From Candidatus Micrarchaeota archaeon (GTDB lineage Archaea > Micrarchaeota > Micrarchaeia > Anstonellales > Bilamarchaeaceae), in contig JBFMEZ010000021.1 in NCBI GenBank assembly GCA_040753215.1, forward strand, positions 1-60,053: 60,053 bases of DNA. Reading direction: 5' to 3'. A program made the position numbers and the translations under genes. The notes under the pieces were generated by a model, which did no database searches, had not been told where the DNA came from, and was given only the letters and a program-made list of their open reading frames with translations. Numbering within the stretch: the first letter of the stretch is position 1; every line of letters begins with the position of its first letter. This document shows, piece after piece, positions 17,337 to 26,579 of the stretch.

Positions 17337-17504
17337 CTACTGCACGAAATAGCCCGCGATTTTTATCACTGCGACCAGCACGGCAACCCCGATTATGAAG
17401 CTCCTCGGGTCCATCTTTATCCCGCTGAGCTCCATGTCCGCGCTGAGGCCGACTATGCCCGCGGACGTCATGGGCATGGACATGCTTGTCCTTTTCAGTG
17501 TCAT
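17337..17504 (-). CDS. secG: Preprotein translocase subunit Sec61-beta (archaeal SecG)
   Basis: 55 aa with PMTSAGIV, then IKMDP followed by a single C-terminal TM, the Sec61-beta pattern. Confidence 0.8.
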   Translation of the reverse strand: MTLKRTSMSMPMTSAGIVGLSADMELSGIKMDPRSFIIGVAVLVAVIKIAGYFVQ

Positions 17505-17562
17505 GGGGTAATTAGGGGTGGGAAAGGTTAAAAATGGATAATGCGACCTCTCCACGGTGGCC

Positions 17563-18276
17563 ATGGAAGTGGAAAAGGCGGTCGGGGAGAAAAAGCCGTC
17601 GGCGATACTGAGCCTCATCCACATAGGCCTGGATTCCTACGACGACATATTCTCGGATTTCGACCCCTCCCCCTACTCCGAAAGGCTGCTTTCCGAAGAT
17701 TTCGTGCTTGAGGCGAAGAGGAGGTATGCGGAGACCCGGAAGGGCGGGCTCGAGCTGCGGTTCTCGCTGCCTGGAAGGCTGCGCTCGCAGAAGACCGAGG
17801 CGCTGATAAAGAGGAGGCTGAAGCACTATTTCCAGGCGAAGGCGAGGGAAGGGGAGGAGGAGATAAAGAAAAACAGGGCCAGGGGCGCTGCCTATTTTGC
17901 CGCGGGATTCGCTGTTTTGCTGTCTGTTGCGGCCGTGCCGCAGGTTGAGGCGCTGAAAGGCGTGAGCCATTTCCTGGAAGTGCTCCTGGTGCCGGTCGGA
18001 TGGTTCGGCATGTTTGGCGGGGTGGAACTCATGGTGGAGGCGCCCCGGAAATTCGAGAAGGAGATAAGCTTCAACAGGAGGCTGTCCGAGGCGGCATACA
18101 CGTTCTTCAGCGAGGAGGAGCTGGTGAGGTCGCTGGAGACCGCGGAGGCCGTGAGGGAGGAAAAGACAGAGGAAATTCCGCAAAAGGCCACGGGTGCGGA
18201 GGTGGCGACCGCAAAAGCCCGGAGGCCGGGCCCGCTTGAAAGCATCGTAAAGAAGATAAGGGCGGAGAAGAAGTAG
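17563..18276 (+). CDS. Hypothetical membrane protein (two TMs)
   Basis: LDSYDDIFSDFDPSP...LSEDF N-domain and two hydrophobic helices. Confidence 0.7.
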   Translation: MEVEKAVGEKKPSAILSLIHIGLDSYDDIFSDFDPSPYSERLLSEDFVLEAKRRYAETRKGGLELRFSLPGRLRSQKTEALIKRRLKHYFQAKAREGEEEIKKNRARGAAYFAAGFAVLLSVAAVPQVEALKGVSHFLEVLLVPVGWFGMFGGVELMVEAPRKFEKEISFNRRLSEAAYTFFSEEELVRSLETAEAVREEKTEEIPQKATGAEVATAKARRPGPLESIVKKIRAEKK

Positions 18277-18301
18277 AACGCTTATAAACCGGAGGGGACA
18301 A

Positions 18302-19024
18302 ATGAGCAGCATGAAGATAGAGTTCAAAAAACTGAAGCCGCTGAAGGCGAAAGACGCCACGCTGATTGTCGGGTTCCCCACATCCGGGCTGGTCGGCAGC
18401 ATAGCGGCCTCCTACCTCACGGCAAAGCTGGGGATGGAATTCGTCGGCTATTACACAAGCGAAAAGATGCCCCCCGTCACGGCGATACACGAGTACAGGC
18501 CCCTCCCGCCGATAAGGGTGTATGCGTCCGAGGAGAGGCACCTTGTGGTGGTCCTGTCCGAGATAATCGTTCCCATCTCCATCTCTTCCGAGATGGCGAA
18601 GCACATCGCGGACCTCGCGGACAAGGTCAATTCCCCCCTCGTAATCACGCTCGGCGGCATTTCCCAGAACGAGGAAGAGCACGCCGTTTATGCCATTTCC
18701 ACCGACAGCAAGGTTGCCGAGGACCTGGTGAAGAGGAAGCTCGTGAAGAAGGTGCGGGAGGGCGCAACAACGGGCGTGGTGGGCCTTCTCCTCTTCCCGG
18801 GCGTGGTGAAGCAGCCCGTGCTCGCCCTTCTCGGGGAGGCGGAGACCGAAAGGCCGGACCCTGGGGCGGCTGTGGATGTGCTGCGCATCCTCTCCAAGAT
18901 AATTGACGTGAACATAGATACCGGCGAGCTGGAGAAGGAAGCAGACCTTCTCGCGCAGGCGGCGAGCGAATCCGTGATAAGCTCAAAAATCCTGAAGAGG
19001 AAGCTGGGCTCGATGTACGGATAA
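18302..19024 (+). CDS. PAC2-family proteasome assembly chaperone
   Basis: LIVGFPTSGLVGSIAASYL, PPIRVY, ITLGG, PDPGAA, and C-terminal HbYX-like MYG. Confidence 0.9.
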   Translation: MSSMKIEFKKLKPLKAKDATLIVGFPTSGLVGSIAASYLTAKLGMEFVGYYTSEKMPPVTAIHEYRPLPPIRVYASEERHLVVVLSEIIVPISISSEMAKHIADLADKVNSPLVITLGGISQNEEEHAVYAISTDSKVAEDLVKRKLVKKVREGATTGVVGLLLFPGVVKQPVLALLGEAETERPDPGAAVDVLRILSKIIDVNIDTGELEKEADLLAQAASESVISSKILKRKLGSMYG

Positions 19025-19030
19025 TTCCGG

Positions 19031-19063
19031 TCCCGGAAACTGGATACCGGAAACGGGAAACTG
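19031..19063 (+). repeat. Heptamer repeat (GGAAACN)x4 between the PAC2 gene and the tRNA 3' end
   Basis: ccggaaa ctggata ccggaaa cgggaaa ctg. Confidence 0.75.
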
Positions 19064-19067
19064 ATTT

Positions 19068-19154
19068 TGCAGGGGGCAGGATTTGAACCTGCGGAGGCCC
19101 TGAGGCCACAGGATCTTAAGTCCTGCGCAGTTGGCCGGGCTTTGCTACCCCTGC
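19068..19154 (-). tRNA. tRNA-Leu (anticodon TAA), intronless, CCA not encoded
   Basis: Acceptor stem GCAGGGG/CCCCTGC, anticodon arm CAGGA-CTTAAGA-TCCTG, long variable arm GGCC-TCAG-GGCC, T-arm GCAGG-TTCAAAT-CCTGC. Confidence 0.96.
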
Positions 19155-19199
19155 TGCTGGTTATATGGAATAGAAAAGGATAAGAAGAAAATAGAAGGT

Positions 19200-21173
19200 T
19201 CAGGCAAATATCCCCAGCCCATACGCTATAATCGCGGAGGCAAACACAAGCGAGACGGTGTTTACTACCTTTATCAGCGCATTGAGGGAGGGGCCCGCAG
19301 TATCCTTCAGCGGGTCCCCCACCGTGTCCCCGACCACCGCCGCCTTGTGCGCATCGCTTCCCTTGCCTCCGTATATTCCATCCTCAATCAGCTTTTTCCC
19401 GTTGTCCCATGCGGCTCCGGAGGTGCACATGAACAAAGCCATCATGAGCCCGCTTGCAATCGTTCCGGCAAGGAGGCCTGCGAGGGCGCCAACCCCGAGC
19501 ACTATTCCCACTACGATTGGCGCAAGCACCGCTATCAATCCGGGAACCGCAAGCTCCGCGAGCGCGGTCTTCGTGCTTATGTCAACGCATTTTGCATAAT
19601 CCGGCTTCGCCTTTCCTGCCATAAGCCCCGGGATTTCCCTGAACTGCCTCCTCACCTCCTCCACTATCTGGAAGGCCGCCCTCCCTACTGCGGTCATGAG
19701 GAAGCTGGAGAAGAGGAAGGGGAGCATCGCGCCAAGGAAAAGGCCGACAACTACAGAAGCATCAAGAAGGTCAACCGTCCCGATGCCCGCTTCCTCCGCA
19801 AATGCAACGAAAAGGGCGAGCGCGCCGAGCGCTGCGCCCCCTATTGCGAAGCCCTTTGTGGTCGCCTTTGTTGTATTGCCAACCGAGTCCAATGCATCCG
19901 TTATCTCCCTGACCTTTGGCGGGAGGCCGGACATCTCCGCAATCCCGCCCGCATTGTCAGTAATCGGCCCGTAGCTGTCCACTGCGATTATGATGCCGCT
20001 GAGCGAGAGCATGGCTGCGGCCGCAAGCGCGATTCCGTAGAGGCCGCCGAGCATGTAGGAGGCGATTATTGCCGCCGCCACGACGAGCACCGGTAACGCG
20101 GTGGATTCCATCCCCACTGCAAGCCCCTGGATGAGGTTGGTGCCCGCGCCGGTCTTCGCCGCCTCGGCGATGCTCTTCACCGGGCGGTGGCCCTTTGCGG
20201 TATAGTAGTCCGTGATTGCGAACAGGAGGGCGGTTACGATTACGCCGACCACTCCCACGTAGAACATCTGGGGGCTGAGCGGGTAGGCGAACACGTAATA
20301 GCCGAGGATTGCGGCTATCCCTGTTACGACTATCGCCCTGTAGAAGGCGTTCATTATCTTCCCATCCCTCCCCGCCCATACGAATAAGGAGCCGATTATG
20401 CTCGCAACCGCGCCCACGGATGCGACCGCGAGGGGCAGCAGCACGTATTCCGGCGCGAGCGTGATGCCTATGAGCATTGCAGCTATCATTGTTACGACGA
20501 AGGACTCAAACACGTCTGCAGCCATCCCAGCGCAATCCCCAACGTTGTCCCCGACGTTGTCCGCAATCACCGCGGGGTTGCGCGGGTCGTCCTCCGGAAT
20601 CCCTTTCTCCACTTTCCCGACGAGGTCGGCGCCAACGTCAGCGGCCTTCGTGTATATGCCGCCGCCCACCCTGGCGAAAAGCGAGATTAGGGAGGCACCG
20701 AACCCGTAGCCGATGAGCGGGGCGAGGCTCCCGCCGAAGAACGTATAAAGCCCTGCGAGGCCGAGGAGGCCGAGCCCCACGAGCGCCATGCCCGTGACCG
20801 CGCCGCCCTGGAATGCGAGCCCGAGCGCGGGGTTCAGGCCTTTCTTTGCGGCTTCCGCGACGCGGACGTTCGCGCGCACCGAGACCTGCATGCCCACGTA
20901 GCCCGCAAGTGCGGAGCATACCACACCCGCAAGGAATGCGATTGCGGTTGGCTGCCCTATGAGGAGATAGATTGCGGCCGCGAGCACCAGCACTATGGGC
21001 GCAAGGGTCACGTACTGCCTCTTCAGGAAGGCATTTGCGCCCTCCTTCACCGCGGCGGAGATTTCCTGCATCCTCCTCTCCCCTGCGGGCGCCCTGCTGA
21101 CCGAAAAGGCCAGCCACAGCGCATAAAGAAGCGCCAGTACCCCTGATGCAAAAGCCAGCGTTATGGTATCCAT
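19200..21173 (-). CDS. hppA: Membrane-bound H+-translocating pyrophosphatase, K+-independent type
   Basis: GGGIYTKAADVGADLVGKVE, DNVGDNVGD, GNTTKA (Lys at the K+-dependence position), GDTVGDPLKD; many TMs. Confidence 0.96.
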   Translation of the reverse strand: MDTITLAFASGVLALLYALWLAFSVSRAPAGERRMQEISAAVKEGANAFLKRQYVTLAPIVLVLAAAIYLLIGQPTAIAFLAGVVCSALAGYVGMQVSVRANVRVAEAAKKGLNPALGLAFQGGAVTGMALVGLGLLGLAGLYTFFGGSLAPLIGYGFGASLISLFARVGGGIYTKAADVGADLVGKVEKGIPEDDPRNPAVIADNVGDNVGDCAGMAADVFESFVVTMIAAMLIGITLAPEYVLLPLAVASVGAVASIIGSLFVWAGRDGKIMNAFYRAIVVTGIAAILGYYVFAYPLSPQMFYVGVVGVIVTALLFAITDYYTAKGHRPVKSIAEAAKTGAGTNLIQGLAVGMESTALPVLVVAAAIIASYMLGGLYGIALAAAAMLSLSGIIIAVDSYGPITDNAGGIAEMSGLPPKVREITDALDSVGNTTKATTKGFAIGGAALGALALFVAFAEEAGIGTVDLLDASVVVGLFLGAMLPFLFSSFLMTAVGRAAFQIVEEVRRQFREIPGLMAGKAKPDYAKCVDISTKTALAELAVPGLIAVLAPIVVGIVLGVGALAGLLAGTIASGLMMALFMCTSGAAWDNGKKLIEDGIYGGKGSDAHKAAVVGDTVGDPLKDTAGPSLNALIKVVNTVSLVFASAIIAYGLGIFA

Positions 21174-21335
21174 ATCTTTCACCAAATAGCGGTAGATATA
21201 GAGGAAAAAAGCTTTAAAAAGAAGATGATTCCTGCGTGCGTAAGGAGAACGTGTTGAGAGTTATAAAGAGGAGTGGGGGGGAGGGTCCGAACAAACCTAA
21301 CGCCCAGAGCAGACGAAGGGCAAGAAGAGCGGGCG

Positions 21336-21674
21336 TTAGCCGTACATGGTTTCCGGCGGCTTCGCCCCTATTATGACGGCCTCCCCTTCCTTCGGGACCT
21401 CGACCTCCCCGAACTGCTTCTCGAACATCTGCACGTTCTTAGCCAGCCAGTCGGAGAGCTGCTTTAGCGTCGCGGGGGTGACGACTATCTTTACCATGTG
21501 CGTCACTTCCACGACCTCGCCGCCCTTCTTCTCCTGCAGCGTCTCGGGCTTGACGCCCGGGACGTAGAAAATCATGTGGAACGCGCCCTGCGAGTCGAAG
21601 CCGCCGAGTGCGCCGGTCGCGTATACGGTCCTGAAATCCCTGTCCCTGCAATGGACTATCTTCGGGTTTGGCAT
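21336..21674 (-). CDS. Small hypothetical protein (DUF3467-like), C-terminal MYG
   Basis: YATGALGG...IVVTPATLKQLSDWLAKNVQMFEKQFGEV pattern. Confidence 0.65.
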   Translation of the reverse strand: MPNPKIVHCRDRDFRTVYATGALGGFDSQGAFHMIFYVPGVKPETLQEKKGGEVVEVTHMVKIVVTPATLKQLSDWLAKNVQMFEKQFGEVEVPKEGEAVIIGAKPPETMYG

Positions 21675-21744
21675 AAACACACCGAGCAAAATTGGCGGAA
21701 TAGGAATATAAATTATTCAGTAGGGCAGGGAAAAACCAGGATAA

Positions 21745-21794
21745 GAAAAGAGAAAGAAGAAAAAGAAAAAAGAAAGGGTTTGTTCAACCCTTTC
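21745..21794 (-). terminator. Terminator of the S-layer gene
   Basis: Hairpin GAAAGGGTT/AACCCTTTC immediately after the stop codon, followed by a long T-rich tract on the minus strand. Confidence 0.75.
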
Positions 21795-24519
21795 AGGTCC
21801 TCGTCACGCCCGCGACGAACTGCTGGCCCGCGGTTATGGTGTCTTCGGCAGTAAGGCCGGCAACCACTATCTTGTTGCCTATCGCCCTGACCACCACAGG
21901 CTGTGCCTGGAAGTCGACACCGGAGCCCGCAATCGCGTCCGCAGTGACGGTGTTCACCTGGTCGCCACCGACCGTAACGATGGTGCCGGTGTCAAGCGCG
22001 GTCGCCTCGCTGTCCAGCACTACCATGTTGCTGGTAAGCGCGAAGCGCTCCACCGCTGTAACCGTCGGCGCGTTGTTGGGCATTATCACCGCAGAGACGC
22101 CGCTCAGGTCGCAGGTCGGGGCGCCCGCACCAGTGCCGAATGTGCACGGTGTGAGCTCCTCGGTTATCTCGACCACCTTGACCTTCACGCCCGTCGTGCC
22201 GATGGTTGCCTCGTCACCCTCACCCAGTACAAGGGTTGTGGTGTCTGGCTCTGCCGTCTCGGCCGCGGTCGTCGCGAAGGTGTAGGTTGCGTCCAGCAGG
22301 CTCTTCGGGACCTTGAAGTCCCTTCCGGTGTTGGATGCGCCGGTGAACTGCGTGCCCCTGAGGGAGACGAACTTGGACTCGTAGTCCTCGCCGCTCTCGT
22401 AGCCGAGAGTTGAGTCGCCGAACAGTGTTGTCGTTGTGGCAACATCCTCGCCCTCCTCGGTTATCTGCAGCCCTATGCGCTCGTCATCAGCGGCGAACGG
22501 GTCGTAGAGCCTGTCGTCATCCGGGTCCACGTACACGCCAAGGCCGTCGATTATGTTGAAGGTCTGGCCTCCGGACTCGTTCTTCCAGTCGCCCGCGTTC
22601 TCAACAAGCCACATCTCAGGGTCCGTGCCGGTGTTCCCGTCAGTGGCGTTGTAGAACCAGAGCCCGCCGTCGCTTCCCGCCTGCCTGTACTCTACCTCAA
22701 GCGGGCCGGAGTACGGGAAGTACCAGTACTTTCCGTCGCCATCCTTGAGGATGACGTCGCCCACCATCGGCGCAAGCGTTCCACAGGTGTCGGTGACGAC
22801 CGCCGTGTCGTTGTACAGGAACCAGAGCTCGGAGCCCCTCTTTATTCCCATTATGTCGCCGGCTTCGTCAAATGCAAGGGTGCCGTCCCTCCTGAACATC
22901 TCGTTGCCCGAGGAGGTCACCTTGTACGCCTTGCTGATGTTCACGTAGCAGGTCTGGGACGTGCCGTTCTGGACCGCAAGCCTCCTGAAGCTGCCCTCGT
23001 ACTTGTACTTCAGCGTGTCGTACTGCGCGTTCTCGTCGTCAATGCCGTTGTAGGTCAGGTCGAACTTGTGGTAGTCCGTCAGGTCCACGACCTCGAACTT
23101 GTCGCCCGCGTCCATGTCGTCAACGCCCTCGTCGTTATAGAGGATTATCGTCCTCAGGTACTCGGGGTCCGCCGCCTCGCCGCCGGATGGCGCCTTGTTC
23201 GACCAGCCGATAGCGACATTCCAGTCGGAGTCCGAGTCCTCTATGAACTCCATCCCGTCCTCTATCTCGATCTCGTCAGAGAAGATGCCCATCTCCGCCC
23301 ATTTCGCGATGAGCAGGACACCGGGCGCGGTCTGGTAGACGTGGAGCTTCACTCCGGTCGTGTCACAGAGGTTGTCCGCGGTGTCGCCCGGCCATACCTG
23401 GTCCTGGCAGATCTCGTTGTCGTTGGAGTCAAGGACGGTTATAATCGCCGGGTGGTCGTTCCCTACGCCGACCTCCCTCGAAATATCGTCCAGCCTCACC
23501 TTGTAGCCAGTTCCGGAATCAAGCACCTCGCCGACGTTGATGATGCCGCTGCGCGCTTCCTTGGCCAGCTTCATCTTGGAGCCGTCCGTGCGGTAGGTTT
23601 CCGTGTCCAGAACCGTGACGTTGTTGGTTACGGGGGTCACCTCGCTGATAATCCAGTCCTCGCCAAGGAACTTTATGAAGACCTTGTGGGCCGGAAGCTC
23701 ATCAGTGTCCGCGCAGTCATCGAGGCTGTTGCCATCGTCGCCAGGGCAGAGCGGAAGTCCGTAGTCGCCGCCCGGGTCGAAGATAATGCCGTATCCCGCA
23801 CCCTCTATGTCATTGTAGAGTTTGTGGTCGGTCCCGTCCCAGTGGTTCCACCCGTTGAAGGTGAAGTACTGAGTCTCCTTTATCTCAGTCCCTGCGCCTG
23901 CGGGCTTCACGTTCACTGCCGCGAACGGGCCGAAGTCCTCGCCAACCAGCACCATCTCCTTGAAGAAGTCCTGGTCAAAGTCCGAGGTTGCGCTTCCCGC
24001 CTCGGAGAGGTAATAGTCGCCGAGGTGGTTCTGGTACGGGTTGGTCTCCGGGTCGTCGTAGACGTCCAGGACCGTGTATGCCTCGTCCGTGTCCGTTGGT
24101 GACTGGAACCTGTTCTCCAGCTCCCTGTCCAGGTAGTCGCCGATTGCAGCGGAGAACTGCTCGATGTCAGCCGCCCCTGCTCCGGGTACCGTAACCTGCA
24201 GCTCCACTTTCTCTGACCCAGCCACTACGGAGCAGCTCCCGGTTCCGGTGCCGCCGGTGCACGTCCCCTCTCCCACGACCTGCGCGGTCAGGGTTGAGGA
24301 CTTGTAGGCCTCGTTAGCGATCTTGGATGCGATATACGCCGCAACCACTCCATCGCTAGACTTGGCCGCCTCACCGACAACAATCTTCACCACGGGCTGT
24401 CCGTTGGCGTCCACCAGCGGTGTATTCTGATACACCAGGCCGGCAAAGGCAACCGAGCTCGCCAAAATGGCCGAACCAGCCACGATTGCCCCGATTTTCC
24501 TCAGGTTTATTCCCTTCAT
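21793..24519 (-). CDS. S-layer protein (archaeal, Methanococcales/DPANN-like)
   Basis: Signal peptide RKIGAIVAGSAILASSVAFA, N-terminal IVVGEAAKSSDGVVAAYIA, C-terminal VTVGGDQVNTVT...IVVAGLTAEDT; acidic; strong codon bias; own promoter and terminator. Confidence 0.9.
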   Translation of the reverse strand: MKGINLRKIGAIVAGSAILASSVAFAGLVYQNTPLVDANGQPVVKIVVGEAAKSSDGVVAAYIASKIANEAYKSSTLTAQVVGEGTCTGGTGTGSCSVVAGSEKVELQVTVPGAGAADIEQFSAAIGDYLDRELENRFQSPTDTDEAYTVLDVYDDPETNPYQNHLGDYYLSEAGSATSDFDQDFFKEMVLVGEDFGPFAAVNVKPAGAGTEIKETQYFTFNGWNHWDGTDHKLYNDIEGAGYGIIFDPGGDYGLPLCPGDDGNSLDDCADTDELPAHKVFIKFLGEDWIISEVTPVTNNVTVLDTETYRTDGSKMKLAKEARSGIINVGEVLDSGTGYKVRLDDISREVGVGNDHPAIITVLDSNDNEICQDQVWPGDTADNLCDTTGVKLHVYQTAPGVLLIAKWAEMGIFSDEIEIEDGMEFIEDSDSDWNVAIGWSNKAPSGGEAADPEYLRTIILYNDEGVDDMDAGDKFEVVDLTDYHKFDLTYNGIDDENAQYDTLKYKYEGSFRRLAVQNGTSQTCYVNISKAYKVTSSGNEMFRRDGTLAFDEAGDIMGIKRGSELWFLYNDTAVVTDTCGTLAPMVGDVILKDGDGKYWYFPYSGPLEVEYRQAGSDGGLWFYNATDGNTGTDPEMWLVENAGDWKNESGGQTFNIIDGLGVYVDPDDDRLYDPFAADDERIGLQITEEGEDVATTTTLFGDSTLGYESGEDYESKFVSLRGTQFTGASNTGRDFKVPKSLLDATYTFATTAAETAEPDTTTLVLGEGDEATIGTTGVKVKVVEITEELTPCTFGTGAGAPTCDLSGVSAVIMPNNAPTVTAVERFALTSNMVVLDSEATALDTGTIVTVGGDQVNTVTADAIAGSGVDFQAQPVVVRAIGNKIVVAGLTAEDTITAGQQFVAGVTRT

Positions 24520-24650
24520 GTTTTTCTACCTCGTGAGCCACCTTCTATGGGGCCCTCCTATAACGGTTACCGGTGGCTCTTTCCTGGCCCCAAATGCCCG
24601 GGCGTTCGCCTTTCCACCCAGGTTCGCCCGCACGATTTCCCTGCGGGCAG
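24520..24650 (-). promoter_or_regulatory. Structured 5' leader of the S-layer gene
   Basis: Two hairpins plus two crossing stems (24548-24554/24586-24592 and 24535-24542/24572-24579) ahead of the SD GAGGT. Confidence 0.6.
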
Positions 24651-24669
24651 AAGGAGTGTTAGGAGTAAC

Positions 24670-24712
24670 TTTTATAAATGTTTTCGGCATACCTAAAGAT
24701 TTCTTTATAAAA
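24670..24712 (-). promoter_or_regulatory. Tandem TATA boxes upstream of the S-layer gene
   Basis: TTTATAAA at 24671-24678 and 24704-24711. Confidence 0.65.
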
Positions 24713-24813
24713 AATACGATTGAATCCGGCAAAAGACGGATTTCATTTTTGATGAATGACGTATAAAACCCCTCTCCGGCACCGACGTGGGATTTTTGGC
24801 TTACGGCGGAGGG

Positions 24814-25215
24814 CTACCACAAATCCCCTACACGCCCCATAATCATCTTTTCTATCCCGTATTTCTCCTTTGCGGGAGCAGCCAGCACGAGGGCCTTCCA
24901 TCTGATTTTCTTCTCCCAGGCGACCTTCAGCCTCCTGTGGCCGTCCAGGAGGATGTAATCCTTACCCTTCTGGAGGAGTATGATGGGGGCGTCGTAGCCG
25001 AAGTTGATTGCATCCCGTATCTCCCGCATCTTGTCCTCCGCGGTCGCCTCCGCCTCCTCGCCCGGGTAGGTGTAATAGACAGAGGCCATAGCCTTCTGGT
25101 CCAGGATTATCTCCTTCGTGTCAAACTTCGAGCCCGGATAGAGCTTCTTGTAGTAGGAGACGAGCCTGCTGAACAATTCCCTTTCCTCATGCGGTGATAT
25201 CAGTCCGACAACCAT
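24814..25215 (-). CDS. ParB/Sulfiredoxin-like domain protein
   Basis: PIILL...YILLDGHRRLKVA motif. Confidence 0.8.
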   Translation of the reverse strand: MVVGLISPHEERELFSRLVSYYKKLYPGSKFDTKEIILDQKAMASVYYTYPGEEAEATAEDKMREIRDAINFGYDAPIILLQKGKDYILLDGHRRLKVAWEKKIRWKALVLAAPAKEKYGIEKMIMGRVGDLW

Positions 25216-25246
25216 TGGGACACCGGATTTACTAATATAGTAAATA

Positions 25247-26017
25247 TTATATGCGTTTGTCCGGGTTCCTCTTCCCCCATTCAACTATGAGGGCATGGAA
25301 TTCGTTGAAAATCTCGTGCTTCCGGGGAAGGCTGCTCTCGAAGAAGAGGCGGTAATCCTCGTATCCCTTTCCATGGAAGAGCCGCAGGGAGGAGCATATC
25401 CTTCTCGTGTAGGCATCCACCACGAAGACAGGGCGCTTGTACGCATAGAGGAGGATGGAATCCGCCGTCTCAGGCCCGACCCCGCCCACGGAAAGGAAAT
25501 GCTCCCGAAGGGTTTCTGTATCCGCATCCCCATCCGCCTCAAGGTATGCTTCGGAAAGGGATTTCAGCCGCTCCGCCTTCTGCCGGAAATAGCCGGAGGG
25601 GCGGATGAGGGTTTCCAGTTCCGGGAGCGGGAGGGAAATGATTTTTCCGGGGCTCAGCTTTCCCGCCGAATGCAGGTTCAGCAGCGCCTTCTCCGCATTC
25701 TTCCAGCTTGTGTTCTGGGTGAGGAGCGCCCCGGCAACTATTCCAAAACGCTGCTGTTCTGTTTTTGGGAAAGAATAATCCCCGGGATGATAGATTAACT
25801 GGCTGCCGGGTGCCGTATGCGGTTTGCCCAGTACTGGAGACCGGAGACTGGATACTGGAGACTGGATTGTGGGCCACCATCCCTGCGGCCCGAATTCGGA
25901 GAGGAGCTTTCTGTAAAGCCGGCCCACTCCTGTGGTTTCCAGCTCCCGGCTCCCGGTTCCCAATTCAGCGCCAGAGTACTTTCTTCCTGAGTTCTTTGCT
26001 CCAGTCAGCTTTGTCAA
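25247..26017 (-). CDS. HhH-GPD endonuclease III-related DNA glycosylase (start uncertain)
   Basis: FGPQGWWP, GALLTQNTSWKN, IRPSGYFRQKA, GVGPETADSILLYA, FVVDAYT, EFHALIV. Confidence 0.9.
   Translation of the reverse strand: MTKLTGAKNSGRKYSGAELGTGSRELETTGVGRLYRKLLSEFGPQGWWPTIQSPVSSLRSPVLGKPHTAPGSQLIYHPGDYSFPKTEQQRFGIVAGALLTQNTSWKNAEKALLNLHSAGKLSPGKIISLPLPELETLIRPSGYFRQKAERLKSLSEAYLEADGDADTETLREHFLSVGGVGPETADSILLYAYKRPVFVVDAYTRRICSSLRLFHGKGYEDYRLFFESSLPRKHEIFNEFHALIVEWGKRNPDKRI
25831..25962. repeat. Heptamer repeats (ACTGGAG)x5 and an oppositely oriented partner array inside the EndoIII-like gene
   Basis: actggag accggag actggat actggag actggat at 25833-25867; gtttcca gctcccg gctcccg gttccca at 25936-25961. 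Confidence 0.7.
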
Positions 26018-26504
26018 GAGTCTTCACCTTCCCTTCCAGGAATGAGATTATCCGGCCCGCGGTTTCTTCCGCGCTGCTTTTTGTCGTGTCCACTTCAAGC
26101 ACGGGCGCCCCGTAATTCCTCTCCGCCGCCTGCGTACAATAATCCAGCATCTCCGCCATCAGGTTCTCTTCTGTCTTCTTCCCGGGATAGCCCCTGGCTA
26201 CCATCCTCTTCCGCAGCTCGGATGGATGGGTGCGGAGCACGAAAACGAAATCCACCGGAAGGGAGAATTCGCACCCCAGGTGGCCTTCCACCACCGCGTC
26301 CCGCTTCCCTTCAAGCTCCCGGAGGGCTGCATTTCTCAGCTTACGCACATCCACTATCTTATCTCCATTCTCCTCTCCGGTGATGCAGCCCGCCCTCTCG
26401 GCCAGCTCCCTGAGGCTGAGCACTCCCCACCCCTTCTTTCTGGCTATTTCAGATGCGACGGCGGATTTCCCGGTTCCAGGAGTTCCGGTTATAAGAATTC
26501 TCAT
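25965..26504 (-). CDS. Adenylate kinase AK6/Fap7 family
   Basis: ITGTPGTGKS, VVEGH, LRT...RGY...EN..AE pattern. Confidence 0.9.
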   Translation of the reverse strand: MRILITGTPGTGKSAVASEIARKKGWGVLSLRELAERAGCITGEENGDKIVDVRKLRNAALRELEGKRDAVVEGHLGCEFSLPVDFVFVLRTHPSELRKRMVARGYPGKKTEENLMAEMLDYCTQAAERNYGAPVLEVDTTKSSAEETAGRIISFLEGKVKTLDKADWSKELRKKVLWR

Positions 26505-26579
26505 AAAAATACGCAAATAAGAACACAGAAGCAGATTTTTAATATTTCTGTTCGCTATACCGGGCAGAGGTGAACCTAA

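Noticed and set aside
19031..19154. tRNA-Leu as integration site of an island
   Set aside because: No duplicated tRNA 3' end and no integrase were seen in the window.
21297..21339. Inverted repeat CTAACGCCC/GGGCGTTAG with a nearby TTATAAA
   Set aside because: A single 9-bp stem overlapping a stop codon, probably a 3'-end structure; too little evidence for an ncRNA.
26466..26492. GTTCC-containing repeats resembling the heptamer family
   Set aside because: They encode the Walker A motif TGTPGTGK and are explained by protein sequence.
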